NCBI GenBank assembly: GCA_010356995.1
Contig: ML996694.1
Coordinates: forward strand, 867,224 to 931,223
Reading direction: 5' to 3'
Length of the DNA: 64,000 nucleotides
From: Trichodelitschia bisporula
Lineage: Eukaryota
How positions within the stretch are numbered: position 1 is the stretch's first letter; every line of letters starts with the position of its first letter. This document shows positions 47,963 through 60,374 of the stretch, in pieces. Made by a program: the position numbers and the translations under genes. Under the pieces are notes generated by a model, which worked only from the letters and a program-made list of their open reading frames with translations, was not told where the DNA came from and ran no database searches.

Positions 47963-49106
47963 CGCAGGGTTAGCTTGATATGAAACAAGCCGGAGATGCT
48001 TTGCAATTTTGGTTCATGTTGAATGCTAAGCGTACGATGGATCATGGGTACGGGTAGACAGGAGGATGGCTTGACGGGAGCTCCTTTAGTGGCGTCTGGA
48101 TATGGAGGGCGCACGGTGTAAATACATCAATTGCAAAAGCGAAAGTTAATGGCCTGAAGTTCTAGGCTAAAATCACCCCCACGGGGGAGTTGTTGCCCAG
48201 TAAATGCGGTGTGTGTACCAGCCGTGACACTGATGATGTTCGGGGAGAGGGAATAATATGCGGCCACGAGATCAGAGCGAGAAATGCAACTGGTCCAGTC
48301 CAAGGATGTGATCGTTTCTGCTCGTCTCAGCTGTGGCGACAATTTGGAGAATGGTTGATGCGGGTGCTAAACTGGCGGTGGACGCCGAAGAGACGGACAA
48401 GTGGAATGTACTATCGTGATATAATTGATGAATGATATGAAGTGGCTGATTGAGAGACGGGTTACAGACGCATGTGCGGTATGGCCTAGTTCTAGTACTT
48501 GTAGCACGGCCGAGAAGCAAGGCCGGGATGGGTATGAGAAGACATGAAGGACTTGCTCGGAGACCGCGGAGAGAGTGGAGCAGAGTGGAGAGCAAGCGAG
48601 AGAGAGAGTTGAGAGGTTGAAGGCGAAAAAGACAATTTGTCCTCAGCGTCACGATCAGTGTCACATTATTCACTGATGGCAGGAGCGAAGAGGGGTCCAG
48701 TGACCTGTTGTGGCATTCACGACCCAAGGGGCCTGGCCTCCCAGGGTAAAGGAAAAGGGGCGCACGGTCCCACTGACACCGCGAAGGAAAGAGCGTCCCA
48801 CCACTCCCCGCGCGGCTTTCGACTCCACAAGAAAGGGGCACTGAACGCCCCCCCGCCCCGCCTCGCCGCGCCTTCCCCAAGCCCCTCCACAATTCACCGC
48901 GCCATTCGCTGCAATTGTGCCACTCCGACCCTAACCCTTCACTTGCCGCTCTAAAAAAGTCACCCACGTCCACGACAACACGAGCGACCACCCACTCCAC
49001 AAAACACCCGCAACTGCACAACCTCGCATTCACGATCTTCTCCATCGTTCTTCACTATCGAAACGACCATCTCGATCTACGCTGTCCTGCCCATATTCTC
49101 TCCCAC

Positions 49107-49130
49107 CACACACACACACACACACACACA
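49107..49130. repeat. (CA)12 microsatellite just upstream of the MPG1 ATG
   Basis: Seen directly. Confidence 0.95.
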
Positions 49131-49139
49131 TACACAAAA

Positions 49140-50442
49140 ATGAAAGGTACCGCCCGGACTCCCTGCCCCGCATCTCAGCATCTGTGCAGTAGCTAACACA
49201 CACCTCTTACAGCACTCATTCTCGTCGGCGGGTTTGGCACCCGGTTGCGTCCTCTGGTATGCAACTGCTTCGAGCGTTCCCAAGATATTCACTGACCGGT
49301 AATACCTAGACCTTGACGCTCCCGAAGCCGCTCGTGGAGTTCGGCAACAAGCCTATGATCCTGCATCAGATCCAAGCGCTCGCTGCTGCGGGTGTGACGG
49401 ATATCGTCCTTGCGGTCAACTACCGGCCCGAGGTCATGACTGAGAAGCTGAAGAAGGTGAATTAGTCTCGTCCCCCGTCACTTACCATGCTGATGGTCCT
49501 AGTACGAAAAGGAGTACAACGTGCGCATCGAATTCTCCGTCGAGACCGAGCCACTAGGCACCGCAGGGCCTCTCAAGCTTGCCGAAAAGATTCTCGGCAA
49601 GGACGATGCCCCCTTCTTCGTTTTGAACAGTGATGTGATCTGCGATTACCCTTTCGCGGAGCTCGCCGCCTTCCACAAGCAGCACGGCGACGAAGGCACA
49701 ATCGTTGTGACAAAGGTCGAGGAGCCGTCCAAGTACGGTGTCGTGGTGCACAAGCCCGGGCATGCTTCCCGCATCGACCGCTTCGTGGAGAAACCCATCG
49801 AGTTTGTCGGGAACCGCATCAATGCGGGTCTCTACATTCTGAACCCGAGCGTTCTTGAGCGCATCGAGCTGCGTCCGACAAGCATCGAGCAGGAGACGTT
49901 CCCCTCCATGGTCCGAGACAATCAACTGCACTCATTCGACCTGGAGGGCTACTGGATGGACGTCGGACAGCCGAAGGACTTCCTCGCCGGGACCTGTCTG
50001 TACCTATCCGATTTGTCGAAGAAGGGCTCTAAGCTTCTCGTCCCGACGTCGGAGCCCTATGTCTACGGTGGCAACGTCATGATCGACTCTACTGCAAAGA
50101 TTGGCAAGAATTGCCGCATCGGGCCCAATGTGACCATCGGTAAAGGAGTTGTTATCGGCGACGGTGTTCGCCTCCAGCGCTGCGTCCTGCTCGAGAGCAG
50201 TAAAGTCAGGGACCATGCCTGGATCAAGAGCACAATCGTCGGCTGGAATAGCACCGTTGGCCGATGGGCGCGCTTGGAGAACGTTACTGTTCTCGGTGAC
50301 GATGTCACCATCGGAGACGAGATCTACGTCAACGGAGGGTCCATTCTTCCTCATAAGACTATCAAGGAGAATGTTGATTGTAAGTGTCGTCCCCTTTTGT
50401 CCGTCCCATCTAACATCTGCAGCTCCGCGTGTTATCATGTGA
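49140..50442 (+). CDS. MPG1: Mannose-1-phosphate guanylyltransferase
   Basis: [52 protein letters not shown] and hexapeptide repeats. Introns 49147-49212, 49257-49309, 49457-49502 and 50380-50422. Yeast name PSA1. Confidence 0.97.
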
Positions 50443-50889
50443 GGAGAGGTTCCGGAAAACATCATAATTGTCATATTCCCCCCTAATCTTGTCCTCGTTG
50501 TTGCGTATTTTGCGCGACTTACTGGGTTTTGCGTCCGGGCTCAATGCATGCGTGGGATAGGAAGTGAAGCGTCTGCATCTCAAATCGGCGTTTGCGGGTT
50601 GAGTTCTTCGTATGCAGGATGGAAGGTGCTAGAAAAAAGTGTCGGTACGACACAGAACTAGATAATACAAGTGATTCATATTGATCTCTCGTAGCCGTGA
50701 TATCGCCGTTCCATCCAGCATCACCCATCCACCTCGGTGCCTCTTTCCGAGAAGATGAAATAAGGTACCCGGCGCCGGCTGAACTGCCTTCTGAGCATTA
50801 GTTCTAGTTTATACCGCTTCCGCCCCGCGGCTCATCATGTCTCACCCACCTCCTTCTCCCTGCACTGGCATTGCTATGGAAGGGCGTTA

Positions 50890-51519
50890 CAACAGGTTTT
50901 AAGTTAAGGTTAACAGTTGTACTCACGATTGTTGTTTACCCCACCGAAGTCAGGTTAAAATACCGCTAACCCGATTAAGCCAAAAATAAGCAATTTACCC
51001 CCCTGCCCACACAAATTTGCAAGAGAATAACAAGTCTCCTCGTAGGTGCATTGAGCTAAATAGGACATCAAGTTCCTCTCCGCAATGAAGCGAATCGAAT
51101 CATGCGTATATCATTGCGTACATCAATGATATACGTGCGGATCTGATGGTATCGTCTTGACGTTAGATTTTTAACGGGGCCTTGGCGTAGCTTGGTACCA
51201 CGTGAAAAGTCTTGGTACTAAAACCCCTTTAGAGAGCCCATTTCAAGCGCCAAGACCCCATCAAAATTTGACGTCGACACGATATCATTAATGCACGCAA
51301 TGATATACGCATTATTCGTTTCGCCTCATCGCGGAGAGTAATTTATGGCTTACTTAGCTTAACGCACCTACGGGAAGATTTATTGTACAGCTGCAAAGTT
51401 TGTATGGGTAGAGTGGGGAACCTGCTTATCTTTTACTTAATCGGGTTAGCGGTATACTCACCTGACCTCGACGGGAACAATCGTGTTCTCAAGTGTTAAC
51501 CTTAACTTAAAACCTGCTG
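50890..51519. mobile_element. 630-bp foldback / MITE-like element with TA target duplication
   Basis: Left end TA|CAACAGGTTTTAAGTTAAGGTTAACA, right end TGTTAACCTTAACTTAAAACCTGCTG|TA. Imperfect inverted arms continue for ~300 bp, e.g. TACCGCTAACCCGATTAAG/CTTAATCGGGTTAGCGGTA and GCGTATATCATTGCGT/ACGCAATGATATACGC. Confidence 0.9.
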
Positions 51520-52254
51520 TACTTGCAGAACGGCCCCTCGAGCTTCTGCCCCTCTGCCCATCTGCCCGTTTGGAAGGTGCTATATTACGAGACGTAGGGC
51601 GAAGTTTTTGAAGCTACCCTGCTAGCTATCGCCTGAGCTCCTGATCTCAATCAGTATGCTATACGGAGTAGCTAGCAGTATCTTACTGCTGCTCCATTTA
51701 CTATATAGAACGGAGGAGCAGGGCCAGCGATCTCGCAAGACAATCTTGCAGCAGCGTAGGCCCAAGAGCTGGCCCAGGTTTCTCTATGGACCCCCAGTTC
51801 GCTGCGAAGGTAGGATACAGATCAATAGAGACACTTCCCAAATATTTGACATATGCACCTGCACACATCAATCAGTAAATGGAGGCTCCTTAAAAAATGA
51901 GAACCTTTTGCTTTGCAAGATTGTGCATTCTGGCATAACTTCTAAGATCTGCGCATCTAAAGAACTGTTCTGCATAGGAATAAATTTATTGATTAGTGCG
52001 TGTCTGTGATGTGTCTATCTCAGACGCTTGGATGCGCCAATTGACTTAGGGAACCCAAGGCTCGCCTCCGTTGGACCGTGAAGGCAAGTGGATCGATATA
52101 AAGGTGGATTATGCTCTCGTAGGAACCATGAATTGAGTGGGATGTACAGAATTCCGGACATAGTGGAATACGCATTTTACGATAGGAGACCCCTGTAGAC
52201 ATCAAAGCTTCGCCTGGCTACAGTAGGGAGTGCATCCATTCGCTATCTCTTGTA

Positions 52255-52438
52255 CAGCGGGCTTCCTCCCTGGCGTCCTCCCTGGCGCCTTTCCTAGCGT
52301 CCTCGTAACTAGCGGACCAATCAAAAAGTATATTTCCTTAACAGAACAGGGTATCTTTCTTTTTAAAGATTTTATGCTTTCTGGTCGGTCCGCTGATAAC
52401 AAGTACGCAAGCGAGGGGGCGAGCGAGGACGCCCGCAG
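52255..52438. mobile_element. MITE, family 2
   Basis: TA|CAGCGGGCTTCCTC ... GAGGACGCCCGCAG|TA, with inner inverted repeat AGCGGACCAATCAAAAAGTATA / TATGCTTTCTGGTCGGTCCGCT. Confidence 0.75.
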
Positions 52439-52539
52439 TATAAACGATAAAAGGCATACGGGTAGAAAGTCCTATTACTGCAGGGCCGGAAGTACTCAGG
52501 AGCATGTTCTATTAGGTGTAAATGGCAAAATCCTTAAAT

Positions 52540-52782
52540 AATAATAATACTTTGATTACGCCCAGGCTTCTTTTAGCTAGCCGTATGGTCGAGTCTCACC
52601 ACTTTAGAAGTGGGTTTGACCAATTTCTTTGGCTCTACACGGCAAAAGCCCTCCCTGGAAGGGTTGAGGAAAAGCCTTGGAAGTCTTCCTTTGGAGAGGA
52701 ACATGTGAGCCCCACGCCTTTTACATGTGTTTGTCTTTTCTTTGCACCATTCTTGTGTGTCCCAAGCGAGAACTTGGCTGCA
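52540..52782 (-). mobile_element. 5'-truncated LINE 3' end (243 bp) with target-site duplication
   Basis: Matches the 3' ends at 54515 and 58560. Has a (TTA)n tail and a 14-bp TSD CAAAATCCTTAAAT at 52526-52539 and 52783-52796. Confidence 0.9.
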
Positions 52783-53559
52783 CAAAATCCTTAAATGCAC
52801 TGTGCGATGCGGAAATAACAGGTCGCTAAAAGCCTTTTCTATACTAAAGACCGACATCTTCTTGCTGATATGAGGATTACCACAAGTCATAGATAACTTC
52901 ACACACTCAATCGGCAAATATTTCTAGAAATCGGAACTAGCCTCGGCATTTGCTTCGATGTCCTCAGGTTGTTGTAAGCTGATATGCCCGGCTAAGCTAT
53001 TTGTGCGTGATATATTCTATTTTACCCCGTGGCAATAGGTACAGCTTAGACATTTTAGGGGCTCACATTCAAAAGGCCACAGTCGCATGCATATTAGACA
53101 GCTCTCACAGCGGCTTCTGCCATCAAGGTCGACCTGAGAAGCCATTACAGTTTGGCTACGGGATAAATAGAGAAAGTTGTACGGTCCCGTACCGGGACCA
53201 CATCAATAGCCATAGATTCTATCCCACTACAGAGGTAGATTATTTCTTCTGAGCACTTGGACCAACATTCAAGCCTTTGAATTTTGTTTGTTACTTCGCC
53301 CTCGTTGGGGGCTTGATATTGAAATTAAAGCCGATTGTCATAGTCTAGAGGCTCATGGCCGTTTCAATAGAGACCCTCCTATGAAGACGTATCAGCATTA
53401 TCTCACCTCGTCAACTATGCAATGATTCACTTTTTATTTCATTTATTCATCAACCAGTTTCACCAACACGCGATTAGGTATACAGCTAGCCCAGTATTAC
53501 TTGCTCACGCTAACCCAGCGTGGTCAATTCAACTGTTTTGAACGGAACGGAACCGGTTA

Positions 53560-53735
53560 TCCCTTATACGGCCCAGGTACTAGCCTAGGCACTACCTCAG
53601 GTACTTGTAATCAGCCACCAATTAAAAGGCTAGGCTTGTTATAGAACCTGCAATTTTATATTACAGAAGTAAATTTTGGCTTTTTAATTGGTAAATTAGT
53701 GCGAGTATGTGGGCTCGTACCGGGGCCGTATGAGA
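53560..53735. mobile_element. MITE family 1, copy A
   Basis: TA|TCCCTTATACGGCCCAGGTACT ... GTACCGGGGCCGTATGAGA|TA. Confidence 0.8.
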
Positions 53736-54514
53736 TACTAGTAAATTGTGTGGGCGCGTTCGCCGTTCGTTATACAGAACTGGTTAGATTAACGCCGCGG
53801 TGCTCATCCATCTAATCAGTAGCAATGAAGACCCCATCGAATTCATCATAAAAGATCGTATCGGAATGCAGTCATGCCCCGAAGAGTGTATTGATGCGAC
53901 ATTTATCAAAGGTATCTCGATAAGCGAATGTCTTAGTACTCTTCAAATAGCGATGCACTTACAAGAAACGGTTATTATTGAAGAAGAAAATGATGGTGCC
54001 CACTCAGCACTTAACCTCGATTACGCTCATTAAAAACACCTATTTCGATGTCTTGTGGGAAGAAAAAGAGCAAGACGGTAATACCTGATAGGTGCATTTT
54101 CAATCCCCGTCAGATGCACTCAACCTTGAAAGTCAGTAAGAGAAAGTCTCGTGAGTACATCACGATAAAAAGAGGGTTGAGCTAATCGTTAGATTGAGGC
54201 ATCTCTCCTAATGAGAAGGTTATTATAAGGCATTTATTAGTGTATAGCGGCATGGCGGCTGAAGGTAGCTGGTAAGAAACCGTCGGCTTATTTACCAAGA
54301 CTTATGACAAGCTGCATTACACGGGCATACCTTGTAATAGGTGTGGGCCTACATTCAGGGACTTTAGGCCATGCGCTTCAAATTTTACAGTGCAAACGCC
54401 TCATATAAAAGGTTCATGGCAGTTGGGCGGTTGCTACAGAATTATAAGGGAGATACGCACAACTTCCTGGATTGATGGCTTTGAAAAAAACCCTATAAGG
54501 TAGCGAATGAGAAG

Positions 54515-55880
54515 ATAATAATAATAATAGTTTGATTACGCCCAGGCTTGTTTTAGCTAGCCGTATGGTCGGGTCTCACCACTTTAGGAGTGGGTTTGAC
54601 CAATTTCTTTGGTTCTACACGGCAAAAACCCTCCCTGGAAGGGTTGAGGAAAAGCCCTGGAAGTCGTCCTTTGGAGAGGGGCATGTGAGCCCCACGCCTT
54701 CAACATATGTTTATTGTCTTTTCTTTGCACCATTCTTGTGTGTCCAAAGCGAGAACTTGACTGCACGCCGAGAAACTGAGAAACACTCCATATCCCAATT
54801 AAACCCCAAAAACGCCGAACGCCTACAGCAGCGCAGATCCCGTGATTCTAGGTCATGTGACCAAAGGAGAGAAGGAGAGGAAGGAAATTGAAGAATACCA
54901 GGTGTTGTCCGGAGGCCGCCAGGGGGGGGGGCGGCGGCTCCTCTTTGGGGGAGATCCGGTTCCTGGTAGCAAGTGAGGTGTTGAATCGTTGAATCCGCTC
55001 TTCTTATTGAGCTTTTCCGGCTCTCTTGGGGTTCCTGGGGGGTTCCGGTTGCGGGCCGTCAGCTTTGTGGTGGCTCGCTTTCATCCGGTTCACTTCCAGT
55101 CTCGCTAGGAGATTGTGGATTTATGAACAGTTTGTTGGGTGTGGGCTGCTTTTTTCCCACATCTCGGGTTCCGATTGGCGGAATTCTTTAGCTAGCCTGA
55201 ATTGGCCGATGAAGCCTCTGTTGATGATGTAGTTTGTGACTGCCTCTAGACCTCTCCTAGTGTTGATCATTTTATTGTAGTCAATCGTTCTTGCTAGCTC
55301 GTAGAGCTCGGAGCGTTCCGCTCCGAGCGTGCAGCTCATGACCATATGCTTGGGTGTTTGTCGCCCAAATCCGCAGGGGCACCGGGGGGAGTCAAATGTC
55401 GGGACTCCTACTCTGAAGAGGAAGTCTCGCAGTCCAATGCATTCAGTGCGTAGTTGTGTTGCTACGGCGCTGTTGGCCTTCAGTAGTCCACCATGGAGGT
55501 TGGGGACGTATTCCTTCCAGGGGGTGTGCCAGGCTGGTGCCTGTTTGTGTCCGTTGGTTCTCCACAGGGCTTCCCATTCTTGGTTCTTCCAGTCGCGGAA
55601 GATCGTTCTTGGCGCCTGGGAGGGGTCTGCCGCGGCCACGATCGCCTTCGCTTCCATGAGCATTTTGTCTTCAGGGTATGTGGGTTCTGGGGGCCTCCGG
55701 CCTCTTCGCGGGGTAGTTCCGGCCCAGTAGGCCCGTGTGCGTTTCCTGATGAATTTCTCCACGTCCTCGTCGTGGTGTTCGATTGATTGCCAGTAGGCTA
55801 TCTTTCTTAGGTACAGACCTAACGGGGGAATTCCAGCTTCCTTTTCCAGTGCTGCTGTTGGGGCCCTCCGGAACCCCCCG
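54515..55880 (-). mobile_element. Non-LTR retrotransposon (Tad1-like LINE) 3' fragment: ORF2 C-terminus, 3' UTR and tail
   Basis: Open frame ~55880-55121 with the post-RT motif GGFRRAPTAALEKEAGIPPL, TQLRT..IGL and Cys/His motif CPCG..QTPKHMVMSC; (TTA)n tail. Confidence 0.9.
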
Positions 55881-56366
55881 CGTCATGACCTAATGTCTTT
55901 AAACTAGGCAAGTTTGATACGAAACCAGAAGGTAGGCCGAGCGCTGAAAATCCCCCTCGTAGCTCCAGGCAGCCCCTGCAAATTATCAGTTCCCCCATCA
56001 GGTTTTGAAACGCAAAAACTTAACTTGTGCTGGACTGATGTGACGAAGGTCAGCAAGAAATGATAATCGACACTTCTTTAGATTTCATCTCATGAAGGTG
56101 ATGAGCTTGGTACCACTTTTAGACTCACATATAGGGGGAAATATGAAGCTTTTGTATGCAGTGGTGGAGTGGAAAAGGTTCATCGGCTCGGCGTTCTTTT
56201 GAATTAGTTCCACGTCATTGGGTAGCTGCAGGGTGTCCATGTAAGCAGTCGATCCAAAGGAACTTCCCTGTTCAACTAGTAGTCCCCGCATTATCAGAGA
56301 GCGGGGGGGTTGGCAGCAAGCTGCAAAGTGACTGATAATAATGGACGAGGGAGTCCTAGATTACAG

Positions 56367-56510
56367 TATCCCTTCCGCCGCCGGGGCTAATTTGGAGTTC
56401 AAGGCTTCGCCGCTTAAACCAAAAAAACGTATTTGCTACAGAATTGTTCTGCAATAGATCCCTACTCTTTAATTGGTTAACGAAAACCTGAACCCCCGTA
56501 TGCGCGCCAA
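56367..56510. mobile_element. Degenerate MITE relic with the same core
   Basis: Starts TATCCCTT. Inverted repeat GGAGTTCAAGGCTTCG / CGAAAACCTGAACCCC; core CCAAAA..CTACAGAA..TTAATTGG. Confidence 0.45.
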
Positions 56511-56865
56511 CATGGGCGCAACCCTTAGCCACAGCCTTAGCCCCAGCAGTGGAAGAGATAAGAAGCCATCCTTAGCAACATTAAAAGAGCCTCCTCCGGT
56601 ACCGCAACGTCTTGGATGAACCAAAGTGATGCAGAAGATGGGAGAGCTGTAGCAAGCAAGAGCGGAGTGACAATATCAGACCGAACCGTCTTTCCGCATC
56701 GTTGAGAATTCAATACTCGTTGCGCTAGTGGGTTTGCGCCGATCAGCAATCAAGAGCTATGGTCAAAAGTTATCAGACGCGATGGCGAGTTGCGGCAGCC
56801 AAAGTGGAGTGAAGTAGTGTCTACAACGAGGAGACGATGTCGTTTGTGGAGAAATTCATCTCATA

Positions 56866-57059
56866 TCCCTTGTATGGCCCAAGTACTCGTCGCCAATTTT
56901 CCGCCATCACAGACCAATCAAAGAGCTAGCATTTAGTTCTGTAAATATTTCTCCAGTTTTTTAACAAATCCAAGCTCTTTGACTGGTGTACAATAGCGGA
57001 AAAGTGGGGGACGAGTACCTGGGCGTATACCTGGGCCAGTACCTAGGCCGTACAAGGGA
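56866..57059. mobile_element. MITE family 1, copy B
   Basis: TA|TCCCTTGTATGGCCCAAGTACT ... AGTACCTAGGCCGTACAAGGGA|TA. Confidence 0.88.
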
Positions 57060-57470
57060 TAAAATCGCCTTATTTAAACGGAGTTATTTTTCATTCCTTT
57101 TAACTTTATTAACCTACGCGTTTTAAGTGCATCGCGGGTAAAAGTTTTAACGGGGTTTATAGCTTTCCTTAGCGTCTTAGTACCAAGGTCGCGCCAAGCC
57201 CGCGCGTAGCCGCAAAATCGAACTTCCAATTGCGATGCACTCATAACGCCTTAATAAATCGATATAAAAATTGGGCTACTGTAATTGCATTTAAAAGCTG
57301 CGTCATTTAACGCTTTACTTAAAGTCATAACGCTGTTAGGATGTAGGGCGAAACTTATCGAGATTGGGGTGTTCATAGAAATTTTAAAGGTTTGCTAATT
57401 GGCCGAGCCGCGCCAAGCTACGCTATAGTAGCTGAAATTTCTGGACTTCTGATTGCTACAGCCGGGGGTA

Positions 57471-58560
57471 CACTGAATGCATTGGACTGCGAGACTTTCT
57501 CTTCAGAGTAGGAGTCCCGACACTTGACTCCTCCCGGTGCCCCTGCGGATTTGGGCGACAAACACCCAAGCATATGGTCATGAGCTCTACGAGCAAGTAA
57601 GAACGATTGACTACAATAAAATGATCAACACTAGGAGAGGTCTAGAGGCAGTCACAAACTATATCATCAACAGAGGCTTCATCAGCCAATTCAAGCTAGC
57701 TAAAGAATTCCGCCAATCGGAACCCGAGATGTGGGAAAAAAGCAGCCCACACCCCACGAACTGGTCATAAAGGTACAATCTCCTAGCGAGACTGGAAGGG
57801 AGCCGGATGAAAACGAGGCACCATAAAGCTGACGGCCCGCAACCGGAATCCCCCAGGAAACCCAAGAGAGCCGGACAAGCTCAATACAACGGAGGCTACA
57901 GACCTCACCACACGACACCACGCAGCCCGAACCCAATCCCCGTCTTCAGGGTCAACACCGTCCCCCAACCCAGTAGCAAACCCCCCGAGGTGCCCTCTCC
58001 CCAACCACAAACACAACATACTAGGACAACATACTAGGACTAGCAACAACACCAGTCTACCCACACGTGAAGAAGAGCGGATTCAACACCACCCTTGCTA
58101 CCAGGAACCGGATCTCCCCCAAAGAGGAGCCCCCCCCCCCCCCCGGCAGCCTACGGACACCACCTGGCATTCCTCAGTTTCCTTCCTCTCCTTCTCTCTT
58201 TCGACCACATGGCCTAGAATCACGGGATCTGCGTTGCTGTAGGCGTTCGGCGTTTTTGGGGTATAATTGGGATATGGAGTGTTTCTCAGTTTCTCGGCGT
58301 GCAGCCAAGTTCTCGCTTGGGACACACAAGAATGGTGCAAAGAAAAGACGATAAACATATGTTGAAGGCGTGGGGCTCACATGCCCCTCCCCAAAGGACG
58401 ACTTCCAATGTTTTTCCTCAACCCTTCCAGGGAGAGTTTTTGCCGTGTAGCACCAAAGAAATTGGTCAAACCCACTCCTAAAGTGGTGAGACCCGACCAT
58501 ACGGCTAGCTAAAACAAGCCTGGGCGTAATCAAGCTATTATTATTATTATTATTATTATT
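57471..58560 (+). mobile_element. LINE 3' fragment, inverted relative to the 54515-55880 copy
   Basis: Near-identical ORF2 end (RTIDYNKMINTRRGLEAVTNYIINRGF) and 3' UTR; (TTA)n tail at ~58536-58560. Confidence 0.9.
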
Positions 58561-58772
58561 AAACGAAAAATAAACTTAGCTCATTCAACGGGCCCCGACG
58601 TGACGATTAGTTTGACGATTAGTTTGGTCAGAGGCTCTAATTAATGAAAACATGAGAAAAATTTTCTGTGGTCCAGATGTGGACTAGAATGGAGATATTT
58701 CACAGATCAACCGGAAATATGCTACGTGGCCGGACTACAACTTGTAATTGGCCGATTGCGCATGTGCGTGTA

Positions 58773-58942
58773 TCCCTTGTACGGCCCAGGTACTCTTCGG
58801 CCACGTGCGCGCTATCATGGGCCAATAAAAAAACTGAGATTCGTTACAGAAACAGAAGAATTGTTACAGAGCTAAATTCTAGCTCGTCGATTGGTCCAAG
58901 AGTGTGGGTAGGTCCGCGAGGAGTATCTGGGCCGTATAGGGA
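58773..58942. mobile_element. MITE family 1, copy C
   Basis: TA|TCCCTTGTACGGCCCAGGTACT ... AGTATCTGGGCCGTATAGGGA|TA. Confidence 0.88.
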
Positions 58943-60374
58943 TAGATTAGCTCCCATTAATACATTCCAGATGCGCAGGGCCCGGAGCCACTTCGCATTT
59001 TGATCGGCAGAAAGAGTCGGGAGCAATCACGCCCTTATTCCAGATTTCGAGACAAACGCACGTGGTGGGAGAAAAGAGCCCAGCCCCGATGAGTTTATGA
59101 AGTATCAGCTTGCAGCAACATCAAAAAGGATAACCTTGTGGATCATTGTTCCAGCATCTTGATAGTTACAGACCGAGCTTGTACATTTTCCTGTTGCTCA
59201 TTGTAGTTGTATTGCTATCGCGGACCTTTCGGTCTACAGACATCAAAGCAGCTTATGCGCGACCATTTTATTAGATTGAATGACGCGTCATGTACCTATC
59301 TCTTACCCCAAACCCGGCCAATCAAAAACAGAAATGTCAATGAACGCGCACAACGTATCCCATCTTCCTTCACCCGGTCTGAACAAGCTTTGCCGTTGGA
59401 CAACGAAAGTCTCCTGGGAACATTAAACCGAACAAGGTCTCAGACTTCTGGCCTGAGCGAGAGGAGTAAATTAATACTTTGTTTGGCATGATCAGCCATA
59501 GGAAGATGTCCGACCTAGTTGAGGCGGTATGGTTCAGCCAGCTCAGCAGGGTTGGGATGGATGCCTCAGGCATCTGGTTCAGACCGTCTGACCTTTGGAG
59601 CCTCAGGCATCAGGGTGTTGGCATCAGGGTTGTGGCAGTCATCGTCCAGTTGTGCTGGCCTACGGTCTAGCCACATAAAAATGGTGCGGGATGAGCCGAA
59701 GAGGAAAGGCTGTTCGTTTCCGGCTCAGTTGAACGGCCGAAGTGGTCGGTTAGCTTCTCGGAAAAGCCAAGGACCATCTGAAAAGGTTATGGCCGCCTAT
59801 CAGTGAAGAGACTCATTCCTAGTGGCCATGATTTTTCCTCTGTGGCAGTTATCACTGTGGTACGGCAGGTAGCACTGCGTCATAGCAGGCATGATTGTGG
59901 TATAATAGCAGGCATAATTGTATTGTGGCAGCAGACATAGAGGGTTTGTTTGTTTGGCTGCCTTAGGCATATCAGCCGTCCCATCCTTTAGATAGCTTGT
60001 TTCCTTCCACATCTCTCACCAAGCATCATCTCTCTCTCATTCACTCACTCTCATGCTCGTAAAGTTCATCCACGTTCCGAGAGAAGATTGTAATTTTACT
60101 CCAAGGCCTAATTGGCTTTATGGGATGGGAGGAATGGCTGGTCGGTACGAGAGCCTTTAAGCGTATCCTAGAGACTATATGCGCATAAATTACATGCACC
60201 CCCAAAATACACCCAATGAGAATTCTACAAATTTAGCAGATATCAGCAACTGCTAACCAAGGACAGCATCACACCCACCTCAACTCTGTAACTGAATAAT
60301 AACATTTTCAATTGGTACATCCCGATGAATAAACCGAGAGCCATGTGGCACTTCAATGTGATTTTATTGCTGTA

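Noticed and set aside
58490..58505. CGACCATAC, resembling a 5S rRNA 5' end
   Set aside because: The match does not extend and lies inside the LINE tail.
58174..58533. Thrice-repeated ORF MITPRLVLASR.. (also at 52522 and 54532)
   Set aside because: Antisense frame of the LINE 3' UTR, mostly with non-ATG starts; its repetition only reflects element copies.
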